DNA of 64,000 nucleotides from Planctomycetales bacterium (GTDB lineage Bacteria > 4484-113), in contig JBBIRS010000004.1 of the NCBI GenBank assembly GCA_037441675.1, positions 112,058-176,057 of the forward strand, given 5' to 3'. The notes beneath the pieces were generated by a model. The model was not told the DNA's origin and searched no databases. It was given only the letters and a program-made list of their open reading frames with translations. Below, piece by piece: positions 1 through 8,845 of this stretch (its first letter is position 1; the number at the start of each line of letters is the position of its first letter). Position numbers and translations under genes: made by a program.

Positions 1-1
1 G

Positions 2-124
2 GATTCTCTTATCGGAAGCATCGTTGAAAAACCTAATCCTTTTTGGGGAAACAATTTAACGAACCTGGCTAGCACTTTAGTTGCAGGAGTTTTGGCATGG
101 GTTATATTCTCAATCTTAGGTTAA
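2..124 (+). CDS. C-terminal fragment of a probable DUF92-family membrane protein (runs off the window start)
   Basis: Frame from nt 2 reads DSLIGSIVEKPNPFWGNNLTNLASTLVAGVLAWVIFSILG*, which resembles the DSLLG...NN.VN..ST C-terminus of DUF92 proteins; the stop is 10 nt before the next ATG. Confidence 0.55.
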   Translation, partial: DSLIGSIVEKPNPFWGNNLTNLASTLVAGVLAWVIFSILG

Positions 125-134
125 AGAAGTAAAA

Positions 135-2243
135 ATGATAGCAGGTAAGTTAAGGATTGGCATTGACGTTGGGGGGACGTTTACCCACGGAATTCTCATA
201 AATGACCAGTGCAAGATATTAGAAAGTGCAAAAGTTTTTACGACACATTACTCTCCTAACGGCGTAGCGGAAGGTGTGATTTCATGCTTGCAAAAGCTCA
301 GTCATCACATTGACATTTCCAAACTAGAGAGCATTAACCACTCAACAACACAAGCAACAAATGCCCTACTAGAGGGAGATGTGTCGCCTGTGGAGGCTTA
401 CGTTTTTTGCACGCCCAGCGAAGTGTTTGCTGTTAATAGGCAGCTTAGCTTCAACAAAATTATCCTTTCTAGCCATACCAAAGTACCAGTAAAATTTCAT
501 ATTTATAGAAAATTTGATGTTGACCCGCCTGAGAAAATTGTCTCACCAATTCTTATCGCGCAGACAATGACTCAAGAAACTCTCGTGGAAGAGATGGTTT
601 CTGAAAGATGGAGAGAAGCAATTAGGAAGAGCAAAGGACATAGCAATAAAGTACCCTCGGAGAGCCTAATTCAAACAGCGACCAGTGTATCCAGACTTTA
701 CGGACTTAAGTCACGAGTGAAGACAGGCATTATCAACTGCGCTATGCTACCTAGAATGCTCCAAACTCTATCCTTTATGGAGGAAGCGCTAAATTCCATC
801 AATCTTGAAGTCCCGCTAATGGTCATTAAGAGTGACGGCGGACTTATGCCCAAAGAGTTAGTATTTGGAAAGCCGATATCCTGTCTTCTTTCAGGCCCTG
901 CAGCAGGCGCTACCGCAGGACTTCATTTTGCCGGTATTAGCTTAGGTCTATTTCTTGATATTGGTGGAACATCCACTGATATATCCTTTGTCTATGGCGG
1001 AAAAGTTGCAATGCGCACAGCTAGAATTGGTGGACATCCTCTTCAGGTTGAAACCTTAGATATTCGCACTATTGCCCTAGGTGGAGGGTCGCTTATCGGG
1101 ATGGATAAATATGGGAGGTTAATTCTTGGGCCTAGAAGCTCTCATATCGCAGGACTTAGCTACCTTTCATTTCTGCCCGATGAGCTTTTACGAAAAGGTA
1201 AACTAAATACTTACACGGACAAAAAAAGCGAAGCAAACTATTACATATGGGAAGTAGCAGAGATGAAAGCAGGATTTACTCTTACGGATTTTGCAAACCT
1301 AAAGGGAATAATACCAGAAACTGACGATGCCTTTGTTCCACGTGAAAAGGTTAAATACCCCTTTGAAGAACTATTGAAAAAATTGAATGAATCATTCTCT
1401 TCATTTGAAAGAAAGCTAATATCGGAAATACAGAAAAAATTCCAACCAGTGCTTTCAGAATATCTGCGCATATTCAAGCCAGAGAGGGATTTGGTTCGGC
1501 TAGTGGGAGGAGGCGGTGGTGTTTATAGCGCATTGCCATTTATCGCAGAAAGCTTTAATTTGCCCCTTGAAGTATGTGAATACTATCCAGTTATAAGCGC
1601 TCTTGGCGCGGCGATGTCAGCAGGCACAGCCACAGTTAAAATTCCTAGTGAAACAGGAAATAGCGCAGATATCCAACGCTCACGGGAACTTGCTATGAAA
1701 GAGCTCTCTAGAGCTGGCTTCCCGGCCGAAATTACCCACATTGAATACAACTTTGACAGGAGCAAGAGGATTTTAACCGCAAGGGCTACTGCATCGCGTC
1801 CCTTTGACGCGAACGCCATTCCAAAATCCTTTGATGAGCTTAAAAAGAAGGCTGAGGAAATCCTTCGCGGAACAAAAGTTGAAATGGTCTACAAAAATGA
1901 TATTTTCACAGCCTTTATTTCGGAAACAGTCCGCCGTGGACTTAGAAGGGAACGGTACTTAATTGTCCTAGACAATCTAGGGCGAGTAAAATTTTTAGAA
2001 TACGGAGTAAACTTTCTTCAAGTGAAAGGAGCAGAGGCAATGAAAACGACTGTTTCCGAATTTTACCGCACGAAAAAATCCTATGGCGATAGCGGAGAGA
2101 TACCACCTAGCCTAATAGTCGTTTCTCCATCGAAGCTTTACAACCTCGCCACATTAGAACAGCTAGACGCAATGCTGGACATACTTTCTGAAGAAAATTC
2201 AGAAGAAGAATACCTTGTAATTACTTTACCAGCGAGTAGATGA
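135..2243 (+). CDS. Hydantoinase/oxoprolinase family protein (ASKHA ATPase fold)
   Basis: GIDVGGTFT, HSTTQATNALLEG, SDGG, LSGPAAG, DIGGTSTD and LGGGS motifs. Confidence 0.88.
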   Translation: MIAGKLRIGIDVGGTFTHGILINDQCKILESAKVFTTHYSPNGVAEGVISCLQKLSHHIDISKLESINHSTTQATNALLEGDVSPVEAYVFCTPSEVFAVNRQLSFNKIILSSHTKVPVKFHIYRKFDVDPPEKIVSPILIAQTMTQETLVEEMVSERWREAIRKSKGHSNKVPSESLIQTATSVSRLYGLKSRVKTGIINCAMLPRMLQTLSFMEEALNSINLEVPLMVIKSDGGLMPKELVFGKPISCLLSGPAAGATAGLHFAGISLGLFLDIGGTSTDISFVYGGKVAMRTARIGGHPLQVETLDIRTIALGGGSLIGMDKYGRLILGPRSSHIAGLSYLSFLPDELLRKGKLNTYTDKKSEANYYIWEVAEMKAGFTLTDFANLKGIIPETDDAFVPREKVKYPFEELLKKLNESFSSFERKLISEIQKKFQPVLSEYLRIFKPERDLVRLVGGGGGVYSALPFIAESFNLPLEVCEYYPVISALGAAMSAGTATVKIPSETGNSADIQRSRELAMKELSRAGFPAEITHIEYNFDRSKRILTARATASRPFDANAIPKSFDELKKKAEEILRGTKVEMVYKNDIFTAFISETVRRGLRRERYLIVLDNLGRVKFLEYGVNFLQVKGAEAMKTTVSEFYRTKKSYGDSGEIPPSLIVVSPSKLYNLATLEQLDAMLDILSEENSEEEYLVITLPASR

Positions 2244-2286
2244 ACAAGCGCAAATTGACTTGAGAAGATAGATTTTATCGCTAACC

Positions 2287-5200
2287 CTAATCCCTAAATG
2301 CGTAGAAATCATCACCAGTAAAGTCATTACACCCGACGTAAAGAGTTCCATCTTCACCAATGGCGAGGCCACCTGTAATTTCAGCGCCAACATTGTAACT
2401 CCAGAGAAGGCTTCCGTCCGGATTTAAGGCTATAACCATTCCGTCGGTAAAGTTATAAGTGCCAAAGTATATAGTGCCATCAGCACCAACTGCGGGGCTA
2501 CAATAAACCTTATCCTGGGCATCATACTTCCACTTCAAGCTACCATCTGAATTCAACGCATATAAGAAATTGTCCCAACTACCAAAGTAAATTGTTCCAT
2601 CAGGACCCAACGCTGGTTTTGACCAAATCGCGCCATCCGTTTTATACCTCCACTTGTATTTAGAGCCAGCGTCAGCAGGGTCTAGCGCATATAGATATGT
2701 ATCATTAGAACCAAAGTAGATTGTGCCATCCTCACCTATAGTAGGACTGGAGATAATCATATCCTCAGCGGTAAAACTCCACAGTACAGTTCCGTCCTCA
2801 GGGTCAAATGCGTAAAGTTTCCTGTCATTGCATCCAACGTAAACCGTGCCATCAGGTGCGATTGCGGGACTGGAATTCACATATCCCCCAGTCTGATATC
2901 TCCACTTCAAACTTCCATCTGGATTCAGCGCGTAGAAGTAGTGCTCAACATTCGTATCAAGGTCTCCCACGCCGACATAAATGCTACCATCAGTTCCTAT
3001 GGCTGGGCTTGAGTGAACAAAACCGGGCATTGGATAACTCCAGGCTAAAGAGCCATCGCTATTAAGAGCGATTAGCCTCTTGTCGTCGTTTCTGGTGCCA
3101 AAATAAATCCTTCCATCTTCGCCGACAGCAGGGCTAGAGTAAACTCCATCCATCAAAAGAGAAAAGACCCATTTTATAGAACCATCGGGATTGATTGCGT
3201 AAAGCTTGTCATCTAGAGAACCTATATAAATTGTTCCATCTGCTGACATAGCTGGACTTGAACGGTCAACTCTACCTATCTCCAATGACCAGTAGACAGT
3301 ATCAGTAGTTGGACCCATAAATGGGCTTTGGCTTTGATGTAAACGATTCCTTCCGAACATCCACCAATCACCCTGCGATGTTTGCACCGTTACTGTTATA
3401 AGAACGCTATCCGTATCAGTTAAATTATCGTCATCGGTCACGCGAACCGTCGCGAAATAATCGTTAGGTTCGGTGTAAACGTGGGAATTGAGAGGTAGGA
3501 CGGTTGATTCCTCATAGACTCCGTCTCCTTCCCAATCCCATTCGTAAAGGATAATTATCCCGCCATCGGGGTCATAGCTTCCACTAGCATCAAACATAAC
3601 TAGAAGCGGTGCTCGCCCAGAGGTTGGATTTGCGCGGAGAACCGCTATTGGCGGTTCTTGGGGGGGAAGGCTAACTGTAATTGTGACACTTTCAGTATCC
3701 GTTAAACCATCATCATCCGTAACGCGAACCGTTGCAACAAATTCTCCCTCAGATTCGTAAGTATACTGCGCGGTGGGATCTGTTCCTGAATCATAATCAA
3801 AGGTGCCATCCCCTTCCCAATCCCATTCATACTTGACTATGCTACCATCTGAATCTGAGCTCGCGCTTGCGTCAAAATCCACCGTTAGTGGCGGTTCGCC
3901 TGATGTAGGGTTTGCGCTCAGAGAAGCTTGTGGAGGCTCTGGCGGAGTATCCCAGAAAGCGTACACAGTCCCAGTTACGGTGTTGACGATGAGCGAACCG
4001 TTTAATCCTATCGCCAATGGAGCACGAATGCTCTGATTGGCTTGATACTTCCACTTTTCAGTTCCCTCTGGCGTGAGAGCGTAAATCCAGCTATCATCAC
4101 TACCAAAGTAAATTGTCCCATCAAGCCCAATGGCTGGGCTACTGTGGATTGCATCACTCGTTTGAAAACGCCACTTCTCAGTTCCATCTGGATTTACCGC
4201 TATTAGTTCACCCCCGTCAGAACCAATGTAGATTGTTCCATCCTCTCCAATTGCTGGCGAAGAGAAAAGAGCTGAGCCAATATCTAGAGACCAGAGTACG
4301 GTGCCAGTATCATCTAGCGCGTAAAGCTTCCCATCCGTACTTCCAACGTAGATGATTAGTAATTGCGTGAGACTATCCACAAAAATGCTTGGACTGCCAA
4401 TAACGTCTCCACCGGTTTGATATCTCCACTTAAGGCTACCATCCGCATTAACTGCGTAAACATAATTGTCGCTGGAGCCAAAATAGACTGTGCTATCTTC
4501 GCCAATGGCTGGACTTGACCTTATTGAACCATCCGTTTTATACCTCCATTTAAGTTCGCCGTGGGGATATAGCGCATAGAGATAGGTATCATTTGCGCCA
4601 AAGTAAATAGTACCGCCAAGCGCAATCGCCGGACTTGTGCCAATGAAGGAACCTGGACCAGTATCAAAGACCCATAATGGTGTATCGCCTTGAGGATTTA
4701 GCGCGTAAAACCTTCTTCCACCCGGAAAATAAATTGAGCCATCCCTTGCGATTGCAGGACTGCCCCCGATAATATCATCAACAAACTGGGTTTGAAATCT
4801 CCACTTAAGAGTTCCGTCCGGATTAAGAGCGTAAAGAAATTGATTGGTTCTGGTCTCATTACTACCGCCAATGTAGATAGAACCATCAACAGATATAACT
4901 GGGCCAGGGTTAAAAGTACCCCCGTAAATGTTGAAACTCCAACGAAAACTATCTTCACCCTGAGGACCTAAAAGCGGACTTCTTGCTTGGTGGAGTGGCT
5001 CCCTCCCAACCATCCACCAATCGCCTCTGTTCTCCTCAAGGGGAACAATTGAGTATGTGAAATCCCTGGCAGTTTCTCCAAGCTCATTCCGAACCGTTAG
5101 ATTAACTGTGTAAGTTCCAGGTGTTCTCAAAGAAACTGTAGCCTTTACTTCAGAATCGGTGCCAACCACTGTTTCCGGATCAACAGTATTGGTTGTAAAT

Positions 5201-6366
5201 TCAAAGATGAAGTCAAAGGGCGGAGTTCCAGTAACATTTGCAGTAAATGTCACATCATCCCCTTCAAGTCCACTCAGTGGATAGAGAGAAAGTATATTTG
5301 GAGCCTCACCAAAGGGTAGCACTCTAATAGAAACATTAGCAGAAGAAGTTGCACCTTCATCATCCGTTACTCTTACCGTTGCGGAATAAGGATTAGGTCT
5401 AGATTGGTTATAAGTAAACGAAGATGAAGGCGTGGTGGTTTCTTGATCATAAGTGCCATCACCCTGATAGTCCCACTCATACTTCACAATTTCTCCATCT
5501 GGGTCATAGCTTTCACTAGCGTCAAAGTTCACAAGAAGAGGCACTTCTCCCTCGGTCGGCTGGGCGGTTAAGCGAGCAACTGGCGGGAGATCTTCGGAAG
5601 GTGGCACTTGCATCGGGTCGCTTGGTATTCCCGGATTGCCTTGCGCATCATAGGGAACTACACGAACATAATAGCCAACGGTCAAATTGGAAGAAGTAAT
5701 TTGGAACACTTTTCTGCCCTCAACTGTGGGAGACGAAAAGGGAACGGATTCAACCTCTGTATAGCCTACATCTTGGGTTTGACTCATCTCCACCGAGTAG
5801 CGAGCACACTGGGAAAAGAAGTTACTAGCCAAAGGCTTTACATCCAAGATATCTATTTTCCCATCAGAGTTACCATCCACTACTTCATCAGTCGCATCTT
5901 TTCCAACTGAATGGAAAAAGTGTCTTGCTAATGGCACTATGTCTCTAATATCAACGATTCCATTTTGGTCATAATCACCAGTGTTGCGATAACTCCATGA
6001 AAGCTCATAAGTGCCTCCATCAATGGCGGAAACACTAAGGTCGGTAACTTTATCAGTTTGCTGAGAAGGCGCTCTGGCAACGAACCTTTCAACTCCCAAG
6101 GCGGTGAGCTCCTTGGCAAGCTCGCTAGCAACCAGTTTAAGAAGTGCAGGACGAGCTTTCTCGTCCTCTAGGTTTGAGAGCTCACTTAGGATATCCTGAA
6201 TGCCAGCCGAGGCTAAATTGGTACTACCCTGATTTCTTGTAAGTAATTTAGGCTGAATACTCTCAAGGCTTAAGTTACGTCCACCCCCACACGATGCCCC
6301 CACTATAAGCAGTCCAATGATAGGTACGGCTGTTCTGAAGATCTTGAGAAAGAATGCTATTCTCAT
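2287..6366 (-). CDS. Large secreted lipoprotein: dockerin-like Ca-binding repeat, PKD domains and two PQQ-like (BamB-type) beta-propellers
   Basis: Lipobox-like LIVGASC; GDYDQNGIVDIRD/DGNSDGKIDILD; three FDASxSxDxDG..YEWD..GDG PKD units; many SSPAIGxDGTIYFGSxD..LYAL.PDG..KW repeats; SD AGGAGG upstream. Confidence 0.88.
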   Translation of the reverse strand: MRIAFFLKIFRTAVPIIGLLIVGASCGGGRNLSLESIQPKLLTRNQGSTNLASAGIQDILSELSNLEDEKARPALLKLVASELAKELTALGVERFVARAPSQQTDKVTDLSVSAIDGGTYELSWSYRNTGDYDQNGIVDIRDIVPLARHFFHSVGKDATDEVVDGNSDGKIDILDVKPLASNFFSQCARYSVEMSQTQDVGYTEVESVPFSSPTVEGRKVFQITSSNLTVGYYVRVVPYDAQGNPGIPSDPMQVPPSEDLPPVARLTAQPTEGEVPLLVNFDASESYDPDGEIVKYEWDYQGDGTYDQETTTPSSSFTYNQSRPNPYSATVRVTDDEGATSSANVSIRVLPFGEAPNILSLYPLSGLEGDDVTFTANVTGTPPFDFIFEFTTNTVDPETVVGTDSEVKATVSLRTPGTYTVNLTVRNELGETARDFTYSIVPLEENRGDWWMVGREPLHQARSPLLGPQGEDSFRWSFNIYGGTFNPGPVISVDGSIYIGGSNETRTNQFLYALNPDGTLKWRFQTQFVDDIIGGSPAIARDGSIYFPGGRRFYALNPQGDTPLWVFDTGPGSFIGTSPAIALGGTIYFGANDTYLYALYPHGELKWRYKTDGSIRSSPAIGEDSTVYFGSSDNYVYAVNADGSLKWRYQTGGDVIGSPSIFVDSLTQLLIIYVGSTDGKLYALDDTGTVLWSLDIGSALFSSPAIGEDGTIYIGSDGGELIAVNPDGTEKWRFQTSDAIHSSPAIGLDGTIYFGSDDSWIYALTPEGTEKWKYQANQSIRAPLAIGLNGSLIVNTVTGTVYAFWDTPPEPPQASLSANPTSGEPPLTVDFDASASSDSDGSIVKYEWDWEGDGTFDYDSGTDPTAQYTYESEGEFVATVRVTDDDGLTDTESVTITVSLPPQEPPIAVLRANPTSGRAPLLVMFDASGSYDPDGGIIILYEWDWEGDGVYEESTVLPLNSHVYTEPNDYFATVRVTDDDNLTDTDSVLITVTVQTSQGDWWMFGRNRLHQSQSPFMGPTTDTVYWSLEIGRVDRSSPAMSADGTIYIGSLDDKLYAINPDGSIKWVFSLLMDGVYSSPAVGEDGRIYFGTRNDDKRLIALNSDGSLAWSYPMPGFVHSSPAIGTDGSIYVGVGDLDTNVEHYFYALNPDGSLKWRYQTGGYVNSSPAIAPDGTVYVGCNDRKLYAFDPEDGTVLWSFTAEDMIISSPTIGEDGTIYFGSNDTYLYALDPADAGSKYKWRYKTDGAIWSKPALGPDGTIYFGSWDNFLYALNSDGSLKWKYDAQDKVYCSPAVGADGTIYFGTYNFTDGMVIALNPDGSLLWSYNVGAEITGGLAIGEDGTLYVGCNDFTGDDFYAFRD

Positions 6367-6406
6367 TTGCTTTCCTCCTACAGAAATGTGCTGAATTCAA
6401 TTGAAT

Positions 6407-6413
6407 TATACCA
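6407..6413 (-). promoter_or_regulatory. Extended -10 element (TGGTATAAT, approx. 6405-6413) upstream of the PKD/PQQ lipoprotein
   Basis: Minus strand reads TGGTATAAT about 40 nt before the ATG, followed by AGGAGG. Confidence 0.5.
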
Positions 6414-6742
6414 CCGAAAGTAGTGTTAAACATCGCAAGCTTTCCCCATACGATAACAAATCATTTGATTCATTCTTTTGGTTAACAAAGGCTTGAAAGA
6501 GCTTGACAAAAATGAAAGTAGAGTTAGATGGTCTGCGAAAATTGTAATCGTTTTCACTAAGAAGAGTAAATAATTTGTGTGATCGGGCAAATCCCTTAGG
6601 AAGAGAGGAAAAATCAAAAATGACGAATAAAACATAAGAAGTGCCGCTTATTTACACAACTACAACGGCTAATGCCCGAATGAGATTATCGTCGGTAAAC
6701 ATACCATAAGATAAATGTAATAGAAAAATTATGATAAAATGA

Positions 6743-8734
6743 TTGTTTGCGCAAATGCAGAAAAAAATACAACCAGATCAGTTAATTGAAAGGCGCTTAA
6801 AAGGCCTTACTAGCAATACTACCATTATAAAACATATCGTCTATAACCTAGGCCCGATTAGCGCTAAGGATATTGCGCAAATTATTTCTAAAGTCCTATT
6901 ATCCTTCAAGCCAGATGAGGATGGTATAAAGAATAACATTCTCCCTATTCTCAAAAGTAATAATTATTATCGTGAAGTGAATGATAAATGGGAAGTGGTA
7001 GTAGAAGAATTTCCAGAGCATAAAGTATTGCCAGAGCTTTTTGCCCGCGAACATAGCATATTGACTGAACGGGAAGTCCGTAACAAAATAGCTGATGCCT
7101 TATCAATTAGAACAAAGGAAGTTTGTATTGACCTAGAAAGAGACGCAAACGTTAAAAGGTTTAACGGAGGATGGGGATTAAAGAAGTGGAAGCTTGTGAA
7201 TGACGAAGCTGTCGAGATTCTAAAACAACACGAAAGCCCTTTGAGTAAGAAGGAGATTCTTCAGTTAATCGCAGAGAAGTATAAGAAGCCCTTGGAAAAC
7301 ATCGTAATATCACCTGAGTTTGATAGTAGGTTCGTCCAGGAAAGAAAGGCATGGACATTGAAGGAATACGTTCAGAGTAGAAAATCCAAAGCTTATGAAA
7401 AGGAACTAAAGATAAGAAGAGATGACGTTCATCTTGAGCTCGAGGATTCATTTCTAAAGGCACAGGGACTGATAAAGAAAGAGCCAGAGAAAGAGTTAAC
7501 CCCTGGAACGAAGATGAAGGTGAAGCTTAGAAAGCCTCCGAGGGAGCAAATTGAGCTTGCATTGAAGGAGCGGGAGCTTCACGTGAAACCAATTGAGGCA
7601 GATTTAGCAGCGGAACTTTCCTCAGCCCAGACTGCAACTTCTGCAGCAGAGGTAACGTCCTATAACAGAGTTGAACATTCCTTGAAGGAGAGAAGCCTTT
7701 CTCCAAAGGAAAGGGAAGCAATCATTTCCTTCGTCAGCCAACTGTTAGAGCTGGAGGATAAAGCGGTTGTTCAAAATCTGAACAGATTGAAGCGTGAGCC
7801 TTTGTCCTTACACAAAATACTTAATTTGCTTCGGCTAAAATATGTGCCTTACTTCACGGAAAGAGTAGTAATTGGAGAGGATTACTACAAATTCGCAGCA
7901 GAGTTGATTACACCTATACCCGGCCAGACCGTCATAAACCCATCTGCGTATGATGCCCTTTTCGCGGTGGAAGTTCTAAGTGCAGTGTATGAAAGGCTGG
8001 AAGGCGCCGCCTGGGCTCCTCATGGGAATGAGATTGAAATTGTTCAAAAGGACGGGATAAGAAGCCGTATAAATATTGAAAACACATCTCTTTTGAAGAA
8101 GGCCCAGGAAGATTTTCTAATCACTCAAACCGACATACTAGATTACTTCGTGGAAAATAACTTCGTCTGCATTGAGTACGACAAGCTCATTGCCCAGTGC
8201 GCCAAGTATGTACTTAGATTGGCAGGATTTCCTAATGTTTATCTTGCTAACCGAGATTTTCTTTCCGAATTAGCGGAGGTTTTCGGAGAAACCCCTAACG
8301 AGCAAAATGAAATTTCTCTTAAATTTGATCTTGTTTTTGGAAACTTTACTTTCCTTAAGAGTCATAACCTATCAGCAAACTACATTGACCAATCTCTAAG
8401 AATCTTAGAAGAGAGAGGCGTCTGTGCATTCTTCGTGCTCAAGGAAGTTATGAAATTACTTAAAGACCACCCTATGTTTGAGGAAATGCGGATGAAGCAT
8501 TTCTTCCGTTATGTGTTTAATTTCCCACAAGTAGAAAATGTCAACGACGTTCTCCTGGTGGTATTAAGAAAGAAAGCTCCCAACGAAGATCTAAACGTTC
8601 CACTAATAACCGCAAACGTTAAAGATGTAAAGGACTTAAGATATATCCTTGTCGATCTTGCAAGGGAAATTAAGCAGAGTAGTTATTATGAAAGCTTGAG
8701 CCAGGATAGCGTTAGACGTGTTCTGTTGGATTAG
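6743..8734 (+). CDS. Tandem winged-helix (HARE-HTH/RpoE-delta-like) repeats fused to a degenerate N6-adenine DNA methyltransferase-like domain; start may be the ATG at 6755
   Basis: Repeats AVEILKQHESPLSKKEI...DSRF...WTLKE and ...GWGLKKW; C-terminal PGQTVINPSAYDALF, FDLVFGNFTF and YIDQSLRILEERGVCAFFV align by eye with N6_Mtase motifs. Confidence 0.6.
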   Translation: MFAQMQKKIQPDQLIERRLKGLTSNTTIIKHIVYNLGPISAKDIAQIISKVLLSFKPDEDGIKNNILPILKSNNYYREVNDKWEVVVEEFPEHKVLPELFAREHSILTEREVRNKIADALSIRTKEVCIDLERDANVKRFNGGWGLKKWKLVNDEAVEILKQHESPLSKKEILQLIAEKYKKPLENIVISPEFDSRFVQERKAWTLKEYVQSRKSKAYEKELKIRRDDVHLELEDSFLKAQGLIKKEPEKELTPGTKMKVKLRKPPREQIELALKERELHVKPIEADLAAELSSAQTATSAAEVTSYNRVEHSLKERSLSPKEREAIISFVSQLLELEDKAVVQNLNRLKREPLSLHKILNLLRLKYVPYFTERVVIGEDYYKFAAELITPIPGQTVINPSAYDALFAVEVLSAVYERLEGAAWAPHGNEIEIVQKDGIRSRINIENTSLLKKAQEDFLITQTDILDYFVENNFVCIEYDKLIAQCAKYVLRLAGFPNVYLANRDFLSELAEVFGETPNEQNEISLKFDLVFGNFTFLKSHNLSANYIDQSLRILEERGVCAFFVLKEVMKLLKDHPMFEEMRMKHFFRYVFNFPQVENVNDVLLVVLRKKAPNEDLNVPLITANVKDVKDLRYILVDLAREIKQSSYYESLSQDSVRRVLLD

Positions 8735-8845
8735 TGCATGCAGAAAATAGCTAAGCCATCTATTCTCAAGCTCCTGCCGAGTGAACGGTTAAAGTGATTA
8801 GAAAAGCTGAAGCAATTAAAGCAACACTAAATTAGTTTTGAAAAA

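Noticed and set aside
2300..4960. Periodic repeats as a CRISPR array or tandem DNA repeat
   Set aside because: They are degenerate, in-frame PQQ-propeller and PKD protein repeats
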